DNA of 64,000 nucleotides from Chloroflexota bacterium (GTDB taxonomy: Bacteria > Chloroflexota > UBA11872 > VXOZ01), in contig OY760183.1 in the NCBI GenBank assembly GCA_963663275.1, positions 288,001-352,000 on the forward strand, read 5' to 3'. The notes under the pieces were generated by a model. That model did no database searches. It had not been told where the DNA came from and saw only the letters and a program-made list of their open reading frames with translations. The position numbers and the translations under genes were made by a program. Below, piece after piece: positions 29,935-40,500 of the stretch (position 1 is its first letter; every line of letters begins with the position of its first letter).

Positions 29935-30876
29935 ATTACTACGCAGAACGACTGTGATTCCTCGACTGAAGACGCAGGCTGTCCATCATTTGCTCTTGCC
30001 ACGACAGCACAATCCACCGGCGCCACGTTATACGTGGATACTGAGAATCTCCAAGACAGCGCTCGAGCGCTCATTGAGGCGGTCGTCGAAGCATGGCCGG
30101 AAGAGACGCACTCTCTTACGCGGCTAAACCTCTACGTCCAAGCAGACCAAGCGCAACTATGGGAAATGTGGGCGGAAAACCGATTTGCGCAATTGATAAT
30201 ATCGGTGCGCGGTATACAGCACTTTAGCAAACAACCATCCAAGAACGCAGCGGACATCACGTTGGCAATCGACGCGGCAACGGACTTTGCATCAGGCGCC
30301 ACACAGTTCGTAGCCGTGATGAGCGACGACAGCGACTTCATGGCGCTTTATGCAAAGTTGAAAGAACTAAACCAGGGAGAGATTCCGTTTCTCTGGGTGA
30401 TGACGGATCGTGACAAGACGCGATCGGCTACGATCAGAGACTACTTTCCTAACGACCACATTCATGTCTTGCGTTTCCCAGCCAAGGCTAGCAGGACCAA
30501 GACTCCATCCGCATCTCCGACGCCAAAGACCAAGGCTAGCAAGACTAAGGATCCAGCCGAGCCTCCCAAGCCAAAGACCAAGGGGAGTGGGAAAGATTCT
30601 GAACGGTTGGCTAAGATGGCCGAACTGATTATCGAAAAGATGCCCATCGGCGTCTTCAGGAGCACACAGTGTCAGACGATAATTGAGGAGGGTTGGCCAA
30701 AGGATCCCATGGTGAAAATGCCAGGACCCAGTTTTGGCACGGAATTCGCCAAGAAACTGTGGCCCATGTTAGAACAGCGAGGAGCTAAGCTAAAGAAAGA
30801 GAAACCTCGAAAGTATGAAATGACTGAGGAAGCCAAGCGTAGGTTGAAGAGCGGTAAGGCAGGCAAGTCGGCGTAG
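29935..30876 (+). CDS. NYN (PIN-like/LabA) domain protein
   Basis: LYVDTEN, KNAADI, SDDSDF motifs. Lower GC than flanks. Probable start is ATT 29935 after AGGAGG. Confidence 0.8.
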   Translation: MTTQNDCDSSTEDAGCPSFALATTAQSTGATLYVDTENLQDSARALIEAVVEAWPEETHSLTRLNLYVQADQAQLWEMWAENRFAQLIISVRGIQHFSKQPSKNAADITLAIDAATDFASGATQFVAVMSDDSDFMALYAKLKELNQGEIPFLWVMTDRDKTRSATIRDYFPNDHIHVLRFPAKASRTKTPSASPTPKTKASKTKDPAEPPKPKTKGSGKDSERLAKMAELIIEKMPIGVFRSTQCQTIIEEGWPKDPMVKMPGPSFGTEFAKKLWPMLEQRGAKLKKEKPRKYEMTEEAKRRLKSGKAGKSA

Positions 30877-31015
30877 GCCGTTGCCGCAAATTGGCAGATA
30901 CTACACGAGCTGGATTCCGGCTTTCGCCGGAATGACGGTACCGAGCGCAGACTGCAAACCTGTTACCATGAGTGCTTAGTAAACAAAATCCATAGTGAGT
31001 AGATAGAGGCTGCAC

Positions 31016-31258
31016 ATGAAGAGAGAAGAAAGTGGCACGCCGCTCAAGCTCTACGCCGACGGCAACGGCGGCATCTATCTCGACCGGCAAGAGGTGCTCA
31101 ATGACCCCGAAATCCAGCGAAAGGCAGAGGAGTTTTCTGCCTATTTGCGGAAGATGGCTCGCAGGGAAACTGCCGCAAAGGAAACTGGAAGCTCAAGAAC
31201 GTTTAGGTCAGACTCTTTAACCTACTGCAATTGGGACCTTCATTCTCACGATGGGTGA
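31016..31258 (+). CDS. Small hypothetical protein
   Basis: ATG with GAGG RBS in the low-GC insert. Confidence 0.5.
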   Translation: MKREESGTPLKLYADGNGGIYLDRQEVLNDPEIQRKAEEFSAYLRKMARRETAAKETGSSRTFRSDSLTYCNWDLHSHDG

Positions 31259-31342
31259 GCCTCACTCGTAGCGCGCTTCCCAGTAAGATGGGGGCTGCGC
31301 GCGTTCTCCGCCCATCATGGGCATTGTGAAAGACATAGAATC

Positions 31343-32551
31343 ATGACGCTACTCCCCGGCTACGACCACTTTGGCGGCATTCATCCGGAGACCGCCACCA
31401 TTGCCAACTACCTGCGCTTTCTGGGCGTGGAAAGTCCCGCCACCGGCGCGCCGTTCAGCGAGGCCATGCTCTTTGGCATTGGCGGCGGGTTGGGCGCGTG
31501 CTACATCCTGTGGGAGTTCAAGGAGCACAACCGTCCGGCGATCGTGTTCGGTTTCCAGAACCAGTTCAACTATCCCGTGCGCTACGTCACCGCGCTGTGC
31601 GAGCGCATCGGCGTCGCCCCGTCGTTTCACGAGACCGGCGGCGTGAAGAAGGCGGGCAAGACGCTGCACGACGCGCTGGACGCGGGCCGGCCCGCCATTC
31701 TCTGGCTGGAACGCGAATTGCTGGACTACTACAACCGCGACCCGGACGACACGGGCTGGTTCAGTTGGCTCGTGACCGCCTGCGGCTATGACGCCGCGTC
31801 CGACGCGTACACCATCGACGATACGGGCGCGCGGCCGTTCACCGTGCCGGGCGCTTCCCTCGTTGCCGCCCGGCGGCGCGTTCCGTCGTTCAAGAACCGC
31901 CTGCTGCTGCTCGCGCCGCCGGAGACGATTGACCTGCCGGCGGCCATCACCGCGGGCATTCGCGCCAACGTCGACTATCTGGGTTCTAAGTCCACCTCGT
32001 TCGCGCTGCCTACCCTGCGCAAGTGGGCGCGGCTGCTGACCGACACCAGGAACGCCAAGGGCTGGCCCACCGTCTTCAGCGGCGGCAGGTGTCTCTTTTC
32101 CGGTCTGGTCTCGGTCTACGAGGGCATCATGCACGAAGGCAGCGACGGCACGGCCCTGCGGGGTATGTACGCCGGTTTTCTGGAAGAAGCCGCCCTCATT
32201 CTCGGCTCTTCCGCGCTCGGCGAGGCCGCGCACGAGTACCGCGCCCTGGGCGACAAGTGGCGGGCGCTGGCGGAGACGGCGCTGGACCCGGCGGTTGCGC
32301 CGCTTGCCGCCGCCCGCGCGCTGCTCGACGAACGGGAAGCGGCCATCAAGGCCGGCGGCGACGACCAGGCGGACAAGATCGTGGGTCTCGGCAAGGAATT
32401 CGAAGCGATGCGCCCGGCCGCGGACGCCGCCTTTCCCCGCGACCAGGCGTGGATCGACGACCTCTTCGCCCGCATGCAGGCGCAACTCAGCGACATCTAC
32501 GCCCACGAAACGGCGGCCCTGGCCCTGCTCCCCCCAGCGCTCCCCGACTGA
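31343..32551 (+). CDS. BtrH N-terminal / DUF4872-like protein
   Basis: HPETA...FSEAMLFGIGGGLG. Confidence 0.78.
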   Translation: MTLLPGYDHFGGIHPETATIANYLRFLGVESPATGAPFSEAMLFGIGGGLGACYILWEFKEHNRPAIVFGFQNQFNYPVRYVTALCERIGVAPSFHETGGVKKAGKTLHDALDAGRPAILWLERELLDYYNRDPDDTGWFSWLVTACGYDAASDAYTIDDTGARPFTVPGASLVAARRRVPSFKNRLLLLAPPETIDLPAAITAGIRANVDYLGSKSTSFALPTLRKWARLLTDTRNAKGWPTVFSGGRCLFSGLVSVYEGIMHEGSDGTALRGMYAGFLEEAALILGSSALGEAAHEYRALGDKWRALAETALDPAVAPLAAARALLDEREAAIKAGGDDQADKIVGLGKEFEAMRPAADAAFPRDQAWIDDLFARMQAQLSDIYAHETAALALLPPALPD

Positions 32552-32574
32552 CGCCGCCTTTCCCCGGATTTGTC

Positions 32575-33100
32575 ATCCGGTAGCGCAGGTTTGTAACCTG
32601 CGCACGCCGTCGGCCCTGCCGCAATTCCGCTCCACCCGGCGGGGGACAAGCCCCCGCGCTACGGCTGTGCGACACCATCAGGGGCACACACCGCCTGACT
32701 CCACCCATACCCAGAACCGTCATCCGGTAGCGCAGGTTTGTAACCTGCGTCCGCCGCCCGGTAGGGGCGACCCTTGTGGTCGCCCAGGCAGAAGGGATTG
32801 CCCTCGTGGACGCCTGGACCGGCCACACCCAAATCGGGTTTCCAAGGGGGACCGCCAAAGGCTAGTCGCCGTTGGGCAACCGCCAACGCCTAACCGCCGC
32901 AGGGCAACCGCCAATGCCTAACCGCCACTGGGCAGCCGCCAACGCCCAATCGCCGCAGGGCAACCACAAGGGTTGCCCCTACGGGGTGTGTGCATTGCGG
33001 ACCGTACGTGGGAAGATTCCCCTCACCCTAACCCTCTCCCGCCGGGAGAGGGAACTTAGACCCACTCATTGGGAGAGGGAATTCTGCCTTTACCAGCGGG
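32575..33100. repeat. Mixed REP cluster with degenerate ~28-bp tandem repeats
   Basis: GTAGCGCAGGTTTGTAACCTGCG x2, GTAGGGGCGACCCTTGTGGTCGCCC pair, CCCTCACCCTAACCCTCTCCC hairpin. Confidence 0.85.
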
Positions 33101-33131
33101 AGGGGAAATGCTACCGCTTGGCTTTCGTTCC

Positions 33132-34112
33132 CTAGCACGGCGCGGGCACGCCCAATTGCTGTCCCAGTTCCCGCAGGGCTGTGGCGTGTTTCGGGCCCAC
33201 GGGCACGCCTTCCGTGCGCCAGAGACGCTCGCGTTTCGCCTCCATGCCGCCACCCACTTCCACGTCCGTTTGATTCGTAATCGGCGCGAGTTGGCGCACC
33301 TGGCGGATGTAGTCGTCCACCTCGCGTTTGAACTCATCCGGATCCAGGTAGCGGCTGACGTCGTGGGCGGTCATGAACGCGCCCTGGTTGGCGCCGGGCC
33401 ACTCGCGCCGGGCGCGGTCGGGATGGGAGGGCACGCCGCAGAGGAAACCGCCCAGTATCTGGCAGAACGAGCCCAGGCCGATGCTGCGGTAGGCGGCGCT
33501 GGGCCCCAGCATTTCCAGCGCCTTCACGTGCGGTTCGCCGTCGTAGAGGTCGTGAATCGCGCCAAAGTCAACCACGACCGGCGGCTCTTCTCCGGCGGGA
33601 GCGGCAAAGCTCATGGGCGAGCCGCCGGCCGCGTGGCGGTGGGGCGCGCCGGGCCGCATGTGCAGTTGCGCGCCCGAGGTCACGTACGCCACCAGACCGG
33701 CGCCCACGATCACCCGCGACCAGAGGCCGGCCGCGCCAAAGTGCCCGTGGTTGCGCGTAATCACGTTGGCCACGCCGTGCTCCTTCGCCTTCGCCACTGC
33801 CAGCGTGGCCGCGGCATACGAGGGAAAGTAGCCCAGGCCGCCGTCGCCGTCCACCACCGCCGTCACCGCGCTCTCGTTCACCACCCGCACGTCGGGCGCG
33901 ACGTTCAGTTCGCGCTTCTGAAAATGGCCCACGTACGCCACCGTCTGGCGCGTGCCGTGGCTGAAGACGCCGCGCAGGTCGTTGGCCGTGAGCCAGCCGG
34001 CCATTTGCCCGGCGTGCTCGGCGGACATGCCGACCGCTAGGAAGCAGTCCTTCACAAACACTTCCAGCAATGGGGATTGGACGCGAACGAAGGTCTCAGG
34101 CGGGGTGTTCAT
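33132..34112 (-). CDS. Ldh_2 family (malate/L-lactate/sulfolactate dehydrogenase-like) oxidoreductase
   Basis: DLRGVFSHG, DGDGGLG, NHGHFGAAG. Confidence 0.9.
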   Translation of the reverse strand: MNTPPETFVRVQSPLLEVFVKDCFLAVGMSAEHAGQMAGWLTANDLRGVFSHGTRQTVAYVGHFQKRELNVAPDVRVVNESAVTAVVDGDGGLGYFPSYAAATLAVAKAKEHGVANVITRNHGHFGAAGLWSRVIVGAGLVAYVTSGAQLHMRPGAPHRHAAGGSPMSFAAPAGEEPPVVVDFGAIHDLYDGEPHVKALEMLGPSAAYRSIGLGSFCQILGGFLCGVPSHPDRARREWPGANQGAFMTAHDVSRYLDPDEFKREVDDYIRQVRQLAPITNQTDVEVGGGMEAKRERLWRTEGVPVGPKHATALRELGQQLGVPAPC

Positions 34113-34289
34113 GGTTTGCTCCTCTACTCGACTTTCTGAGAATTGCGCCGCTTGCCGCCGGGCGGCGCGGCTCGGTGGGTCGTAGTCCCGGCGCGTGTTC
34201 AATCCCGCCGCTCCCGGCGGGTTGCCGCTATTCTACCCCCTTCCCGCGCCTGCGGGATACGAAGGCTGATAAGGGGGGGGGGGTGCGCC

Positions 34290-35180
34290 TCAATCCCAGC
34301 GGCCCGTGTGGGGCAGCGGCCTGGTCAGCGCCAGGAGCGGGCGGGCAAGGGCGGGCGGCGGGGGCGTCCCTTCCGCCGCGCGGCGCGCGCGTTCCGCGTG
34401 CCATAGCTCGGTGTAGAGCACGTAGACGGCGGGGATGAGCAACGGACGCACAAGCTGGATGGCGGCCCACGCCAGGTCCGGCAGAATGAGCAGGAACGTC
34501 TCCCGCGGCCCGTCCGGCAGCGCCAGCAGCAGCCCGCCGCACACCGCGCCGAACGGCAGCGCCACCGGCGCGGCGGAGAGCACCAGGGTGCCCAGGCAGA
34601 GCCGGAAGGAACGACCGCTCAGCCGCCAGGATTCAATTGCGGCCAGCGTGCCCGGCAGGTCGCCGTGCACGGCCAGAAAGGGCGCCAGCAGGGTGCGGGT
34701 ATGCACGGCCAGCGCGACGCCGCCGATGACGAGCCACCAGAGGCCGTTCATGAGCGTCTGCCCGGTTTCCCCCAGCGGCGCGGCCTCCGCCTGCGCCGCG
34801 CGCAGCCACACGAGCAGGGTGACCGGCAGCCAGAAGATCAGGCTGGTATGCGCGTTCGTCCACAGGTAGCGGCACACCCAGCGCAGCCCCAGCCAGGTGG
34901 CGCGCGGGACGCCGACGGCGCGCTCCTGCGCGTGGTACGCCACCACCACCATCACCACCACCGCGCCCACCACCACGGTGAGCGACCGCAGCAGATAGAG
35001 CAGCGCGCTCTGCCATAGATTCGGCTGGGGCATCAGCACGGTCAGCGCGGCGACGATGAGCGCCGGCGGCGCGAATACCGCCGTGAGCAATCCATACACG
35101 CCCGGATGGCGTCGCACCCACCGCAAGCCGCGCCCAAAGCAGCGCGCCGCCGGCCGCCAATCGCCGACCAGTGCATCCAT
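34290..35180 (-). CDS. Integral membrane hypothetical protein
   Basis: Several TM segments; AAIESWRL motif. Confidence 0.7.
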   Translation of the reverse strand: MDALVGDWRPAARCFGRGLRWVRRHPGVYGLLTAVFAPPALIVAALTVLMPQPNLWQSALLYLLRSLTVVVGAVVVMVVVAYHAQERAVGVPRATWLGLRWVCRYLWTNAHTSLIFWLPVTLLVWLRAAQAEAAPLGETGQTLMNGLWWLVIGGVALAVHTRTLLAPFLAVHGDLPGTLAAIESWRLSGRSFRLCLGTLVLSAAPVALPFGAVCGGLLLALPDGPRETFLLILPDLAWAAIQLVRPLLIPAVYVLYTELWHAERARRAAEGTPPPPALARPLLALTRPLPHTGRWD

Positions 35181-35345
35181 CGCTCCGCTTGCCTCGCCTG
35201 TGAATTGAGCGCCTCTCGCTCCCCCGCTTAAGCCTATCACACGAAAAAGCGGCAGCAAGCGCGCATTTGGATTAGGATAGTATAACCACAGCGTGAACCG
35301 CCCAAGACCGCGTTTAGCCAACACCGGCAGGAAGGAACGGAACCA

Positions 35346-36521
35346 ATGGCAACGGCGACACAGCAAACATTACCTAACCGGCTGCTCCTCGGCCCAGGAC
35401 CGGCCAACGTGCATCCCCGCATCATGGAAGCGCTCCAGCAGCCCGTGCTGGGGCATCTGGACCCGGTCTTCCAGGAAATCCTGGTGGAAACCGCTGGACA
35501 GTTGCGCCGCCTCTTCGGCACGGAGAACGAACTCACCCTGGCCGTCACCGGCACCGGCTTCTCCGGCATGGAGTCGTGCCTGGCGAATCTCATCGAGCCG
35601 GGGGACACGATGCTGGTCGGCGTTAACGGCTTCTTCGGCACGCGCATGGCGGAATTCGCCCAGCGCTTCGGCGCGGAGGTGGTGGAAGTGACCGCGCCGT
35701 GGGGTGAACCGATTGCCGCCGCCGATGTTGACCGCGCGCTCAATGAGAATCCCGCGGTCAAGGTGGTCGGCATCGTGCACGGCGAGACCTCAACCGGCGT
35801 GCGCCAGCCGATCGAGGAGATCGCCAGCGCCGCCCACGCTCACGGCGCGCTGCTCCTCATGGACGCGGTGACCACCCTGGGCGGCCTGCCGGTGATGGTG
35901 GACGCCTGGGGCGTGGACGCCGCCTACAGCGCCAGCCAGAAGTGCGTGGGCACGATTTCGGGCCTGTCGCCGCTTACGTTCGGCCCCCGCGCCCGCGAAC
36001 GCCTGGCCCAACGCGGCGCGGCCCTGCCCACCTGGTACCACGATATCGAGGCGCTGCACCAGTACTGGTCGGCTCAGGGCTTCTACCACCATACCTGCTC
36101 CAGCACCCTGGTCTACGGCCTGAAAGCGGCGCTGGACCTGATGGATGAGGAAGGCGTGGAAAACCGCTTCGCCCGCCACCAGCGGTGCGGCGACGCGCTG
36201 AAGGCCGGTCTGGAGGCGATGGGCCTCTCGCTGGTGGCGGCCGCGGGACACCGCCTGCCGATGCTGACGACGGTGCGCATTCCCGACGGCGCTGAAGACC
36301 TGGCCGTGCGCGAGGCCCTCCTGGCCGAGCACGGCATCGAAATCGCCGGCGGCCTGGGGCCGCTGATGGGCCAGATCTGGCGCGTCGGCCTGATGGGCTA
36401 CGCGGCAAGGCCGGAAAACGTGCGCACGTTCCTGGATGCGTTCGCGGCTGTCCTCACCGCCCAGGGCTGCGCGGTGGACACAGACGCCGGTAGGAGTGCT
36501 GCCGAGAAGCGCTTGGGCTGA
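35346..36521 (+). CDS. Alanine-glyoxylate aminotransferase family (class V PLP)
   Basis: LLGPGP, HGETSTG, DAVT, SQK. Confidence 0.93.
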   Translation: MATATQQTLPNRLLLGPGPANVHPRIMEALQQPVLGHLDPVFQEILVETAGQLRRLFGTENELTLAVTGTGFSGMESCLANLIEPGDTMLVGVNGFFGTRMAEFAQRFGAEVVEVTAPWGEPIAAADVDRALNENPAVKVVGIVHGETSTGVRQPIEEIASAAHAHGALLLMDAVTTLGGLPVMVDAWGVDAAYSASQKCVGTISGLSPLTFGPRARERLAQRGAALPTWYHDIEALHQYWSAQGFYHHTCSSTLVYGLKAALDLMDEEGVENRFARHQRCGDALKAGLEAMGLSLVAAAGHRLPMLTTVRIPDGAEDLAVREALLAEHGIEIAGGLGPLMGQIWRVGLMGYAARPENVRTFLDAFAAVLTAQGCAVDTDAGRSAAEKRLG

Positions 36522-36755
36522 CGACTGAACCCATCTACGTTCGGCAAGAGTTGCACGCCCGCCGCCCTGTAGGGGCGACCCTTGTGGTCGCCCTGGTGGC
36601 GGAAATTACCCTCGCCGTCGCTTGGGCAGGCCACGCCCAACGTGGATTCCAGGGACTCCGCCGTTGGGCAAACACTACAGGGCAACCGCCGCAGGGCAAC
36701 CACAAGGGTTGCCCCTACGGGGGATGGTGTCCTCTTTCCACCGGTCCGGTGTTGT

Positions 36756-37004
36756 CTATGCGTACACCGCCACCAGGACGGCGTCGTTGGGGTTTTGCAG
36801 GTCATTGAAGACCACGATGCAGTCTCTTCCGGCCGTGACGGCGGTGGCGTCCAGGCCGCGATTCACGGCGATGCCGGTGAGAAAGGTGGAAAACGAGCCG
36901 CTGAACTCCACGTCCGCCTGCCACGTCTTCGCGTCGAATGCCTTGACGACGCCGCTCAAGGCGACGCCGGGCGTGATGCCTCTCGTGTCATCTCGTTCCG
37001 CCAT
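36756..37004 (-). CDS. Small phage-like protein (possible OB-fold spike/tail tip)
   Basis: 82 aa, GGAGG RBS, last gene of the virion cluster; beta-rich GVVKAFD pattern. Confidence 0.7.
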   Translation of the reverse strand: MAERDDTRGITPGVALSGVVKAFDAKTWQADVEFSGSFSTFLTGIAVNRGLDATAVTAGRDCIVVFNDLQNPNDAVLVAVYA

Positions 37005-37188
37005 GATTTCCTCCGTTACGGGTTAATGTGTGTGTGCCGCCGTCCGCCCCCGATGCGGCGCGTGCGTTCCCTTCGCAGGCGGGGGACAAGCCCCCGCGCT
37101 ACGATGGCGCGATTTGGGGCGTGTGGGCGGATCTTGGGGTCGTAGGGGCGGTTCGCGAACCGCCCCTACACGCGGTCGATCATTCGCC

Positions 37189-37284
37189 CACGCGCATGGC
37201 CAAATTCTCGCGCACGCGCATGGCCAATCATCTGCGCACGCGCATGGCCAATCATCTGCGCACACGCATGGCTGAATTCTCTGT
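37189..37284. repeat. 24-bp tandem repeat x4
   Basis: CACGCGCATGGCCAATCATCTGCG-type units. Confidence 0.9.
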
Positions 37285-37303
37285 ACGCGCGCATCGCGCC
37301 CGG

Positions 37304-39268
37304 CTACGCCTCCAAGGCGCCGCAGGCCAGGGTCATCGTGTATTCCGCGTCGTGGGGCGTGTAGCGGTGGCTGATGCGCATAACGCGCAGTTTGCCGTGG
37401 GCGAAGCCGGTGGTTTGAAAATCGACCACGTCGCCCACCTGGAGCGCCGGATTATAGGGCACGTCCACCGTATAGGTCTCGCCGGCGCGGCGGAAGCCGT
37501 CCAGCACGGCCGCGGCGCGCTTCTGGCAGTCCGCCGCCTGGGTCAGTTGGGTATCGGTCACCAGCGCCGTCCGTTCGCCGCCCTGGGCGCGCAGCGCCGC
37601 CCAATCCCAGGCCTCGCCCAGCGCGCCCGTGCCCTGCACCAGCACGTGGTTGATCCGGTCACGCTCCTGCCAAGCGCCGGCGAACTCCAGGCCCGTGTAC
37701 GTCCACGCCGCCGCGTCGGACTTGCCGGGAAACCAACAGCGCACCGCGCCGTCCGGTTCCACCCGCCACCAGAGACCGTCCAGCGCCGCCAGGCGGTCGA
37801 TCATCGTCTGCCAGGATTGGCCGGCGTGCAGGGCGAAAGCGGATAGAACGCGGCTGAAGCGGCTGTCGCTGTCGTCGGTCGCCCGCAGCGCGCCGGCGCG
37901 GTACCAGGCCTCGGCCAGCAGCGCGCGCAGGGTCTTGCCGCTGTGCGACCAGGTCTGCGCCGCCCGGCGGACCGCGTGTACGCTGGCGTCCGCGGCCTCC
38001 ACGCGCACCGTCTTATCGGGCAGCAGCGTAACGGCTTGCACCACCAGATCCGCCAGCGCGACGCGCTCGCTGCCGCCGCCGGTCACGTAGCCGCCGCTCA
38101 CGCCCAGGGTCGCCCCGGCGCGCAGCGTCTTGTCCAACCGGCCTTCCAGCGCGCCGTCGGCGTTATCCAGCAACAGGCGCGCGTTGCCCGTCTCGTTCGC
38201 CCGTTCCTCCCACTGGAAGTCCAGCGCGCGGGACGTAACGTCCTGGTACTGGTCCGCGTTTGTGGCCGCGTAGCCGCCGTAGGCGTGGGCGAATTCCTGG
38301 TTCACCAGCCAGTAGTGGGTCGCGTCTTGCCGCAGCCACCAGAAGCCGGTGTAGGATTCGTCCTCCACCGGCGTCGCCTCGCTGAACGTGCCCCAGGCGC
38401 GCGCCGTGCAGTAGCGCCAGCGGCCGAAATTGAGACCCGACACCGTGCCGTAGTCGCGCTCCAGGTAGCCGATCCGGAACGCCTGCTCCCAGTAGTCTAT
38501 TGTAGGATCCAGCAGGTCGCGCCGCGCCGCGCTGTCGTCCACGCGGGCAATCGGCGTCAGCGGCTCCCAGGTCGTGCCGTTGGTGCGGCAACCCACGATG
38601 GCGGTGCCGGTAGCCCCCGGCGCGCCGCCCCAGAGCGAGAGCGCCAGGTGCCAGGCCGTGCCGTCCCACACCGCGCCAATGCCGCCGCACGCCGAGTACG
38701 TGCCGTGGCTCCACTCGTCCGCCTGCCAACTGCCGCCGGATTCATGCAGCCGGTAGACCGTCACCCCGCCGCCGGTCTTATCCACGGCCAGGAAGATGCT
38801 GCCGTTGCCGCCGTAGCAGAGCGCGCGCACGAACTTCTTGGCGTTCCAGAGCGTCTCCGCGCTGCTCCAGGTGGCGCCGTTGTCGGCGCTGGTGCGGCGG
38901 TAGACGGTGGTGAGCCTGACGTAGACCACCGCCGCGTGGCCGTTGGGCAGCACGCCCGCCCCCACGCCCGCCGCGCCGGTGACGCCGGTCTGCAACGTCG
39001 TCCACGTAGTCCATTGGCTCGCCTGGGTGGCATCCGTAATGCGCTGATAGGCGATGCTGGCCGCAATCACGCCCCGGTCCGTGGAAATGTCCACCCGCCA
39101 CAGCGCGCCGCCGTTATCCACGAAGCAGGCGTTGGCGGCGGCGGCGCGCGCCGCGGAGCGATAGCGCGTGTAGCGGTGGGCGGCGTCGCGCAGGGTGAAC
39201 TGCATTGCCGGCCGGCGGGCCGCCGCGTCCACCGCCGCCGCCAGCGTTGTGGTCAAGGTGCGCGCCAT
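37304..39268 (-). CDS. Putative tail/baseplate hub protein with BNR/beta-propeller-like region
   Basis: Asp-box SADNGATW; C-terminal PYNPALQVGDVV hub-like motif. 654 aa. Confidence 0.65.
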   Translation of the reverse strand: MARTLTTTLAAAVDAAARRPAMQFTLRDAAHRYTRYRSAARAAAANACFVDNGGALWRVDISTDRGVIAASIAYQRITDATQASQWTTWTTLQTGVTGAAGVGAGVLPNGHAAVVYVRLTTVYRRTSADNGATWSSAETLWNAKKFVRALCYGGNGSIFLAVDKTGGGVTVYRLHESGGSWQADEWSHGTYSACGGIGAVWDGTAWHLALSLWGGAPGATGTAIVGCRTNGTTWEPLTPIARVDDSAARRDLLDPTIDYWEQAFRIGYLERDYGTVSGLNFGRWRYCTARAWGTFSEATPVEDESYTGFWWLRQDATHYWLVNQEFAHAYGGYAATNADQYQDVTSRALDFQWEERANETGNARLLLDNADGALEGRLDKTLRAGATLGVSGGYVTGGGSERVALADLVVQAVTLLPDKTVRVEAADASVHAVRRAAQTWSHSGKTLRALLAEAWYRAGALRATDDSDSRFSRVLSAFALHAGQSWQTMIDRLAALDGLWWRVEPDGAVRCWFPGKSDAAAWTYTGLEFAGAWQERDRINHVLVQGTGALGEAWDWAALRAQGGERTALVTDTQLTQAADCQKRAAAVLDGFRRAGETYTVDVPYNPALQVGDVVDFQTTGFAHGKLRVMRISHRYTPHDAEYTMTLACGALEA

Positions 39269-39270
39269 GC

Positions 39271-39708
39271 CTAGACCTCCCGCAATTCTACGCTCATCTC
39301 CCACTCCAACACCCACAACCGCTCCTTGCCGTACGGGATGATGCGCTCCGCGCACGCGGCGAAACGCACCGTGTGGCTGACGCCCAGCGGATCGACGAAG
39401 GTGTGGCTCTCGTTCGGCCGCTCGTAGAACGACCAGAGCCGGTCGCGCCACTGCCGCGCCGTGGTGGCGTTCGTGGCGCCGTCCGGATTGCGGACGTTCT
39501 GCCGGCAGAGCGCCACGAAGCCGAACTCGCGCTTACCCAGGCCGCTTTCCACGTACGCCGGCGCGCCGCCCGCGGTCAGGCGCGTGCGGGCGTGGCGCGG
39601 GCGGGTCATGGTGTACGTGCCGGGCTTGATGAAGAACCCCACCGCATCGCCGTCGTTCACGTTGGCGTTCGTCAGGGTTACGTTGCAGTCCACTCCAATG
39701 GTTGCCAT
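39271..39708 (-). CDS. Phage-like hypothetical protein (paralog of 40086-40493)
   Basis: TIGVDCNVTL...FFIKPGTY...NPDGATN. Confidence 0.8.
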   Translation of the reverse strand: MATIGVDCNVTLTNANVNDGDAVGFFIKPGTYTMTRPRHARTRLTAGGAPAYVESGLGKREFGFVALCRQNVRNPDGATNATTARQWRDRLWSFYERPNESHTFVDPLGVSHTVRFAACAERIIPYGKERLWVLEWEMSVELREV

Positions 39709-39772
39709 GTGTCTCGTGCTCTCTCTCGTGTTGCTAGCCTTGCTGCGGCTCGTTGCCGGCCCTTGCGGCCGG

Positions 39773-40030
39773 AAGACCTTTGCATTGCCCCTTCACCATC
39801 GAGGGCTGACAGGGGTAGGCAAGTGTCATTCCGAGCGGAGCGTCGAACAGGGTTCGCGGAATCTAGAACCGACGTTTTTGCAGCGAAAGCCTTAGATTCC
39901 GCGCTCTTAGCGACTCTCCGCTGCGCTCCGCTCGGAATGACACGTGAAGTCGGATGTAGAATGCCTACCCCTGTCAGCCATCGAGGGGGAAGGCTGGGAT
40001 GGGGGTGAGAAGAATCTGTGAAAAGGCCTC
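39773..40030. mobile_element. Composite MITE copy D (inner 39804-39979)
   Basis: Inner element flanked by ATCGAG direct repeats; lies inside the virion operon. Confidence 0.78.
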
Positions 40031-40085
40031 CGGATGCGGTAGGGGCACGACATGTCGTGCCCCTACCGGTGTGGGCGCCGCTGCG

Positions 40086-40493
40086 TCACGCCTCCACCAA
40101 CGTCACCGCGATCTCCCACTCCGGCGTCTCCCAGAATCCCGATGCCTCCGCCGCGCGCTCCTCCAGCGCCAGCGCGCGCACGCTGTGCGCGGCGTTCAGC
40201 CGGTCGGTGAAACTCAACGCCGCGGTCTTGGCGTAGGAAGCCCGCAGGTTGGCGCGGTAGGCGGCGGCGGTGGTGGTGTTCACCGTGCCGTCGTGGTTGA
40301 GGTGGTTGGTGTAGGCCAGCACGGTAAAGCGCCAGACCTGCTTGCCCGCGCCCAGATCCACCGCCGCCGGACCGGCGCTTGCGTCCGGATCGGCGGCCAT
40401 CACCTTGGGCACCTCCACGCGATAGGAACCAGGCTTCACGAAGTAGCCCTTTCCATCCAGGATTACCGAGCAATCGGTACCAACGGTTGGCAT
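40086..40493 (-). CDS. Phage-like hypothetical protein
   Basis: TVGTDCSVIL...YFVKPGSY...NHDGTVN. Confidence 0.8.
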   Translation of the reverse strand: MPTVGTDCSVILDGKGYFVKPGSYRVEVPKVMAADPDASAGPAAVDLGAGKQVWRFTVLAYTNHLNHDGTVNTTTAAAYRANLRASYAKTAALSFTDRLNAAHSVRALALEERAAEASGFWETPEWEIAVTLVEA

Positions 40494-40500
40494 AGGTCTC

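Noticed and set aside
37189-37284. Mini-CRISPR or iteron origin
   Set aside because: Head-to-tail 24-bp units without spacers, and no Rep gene nearby.
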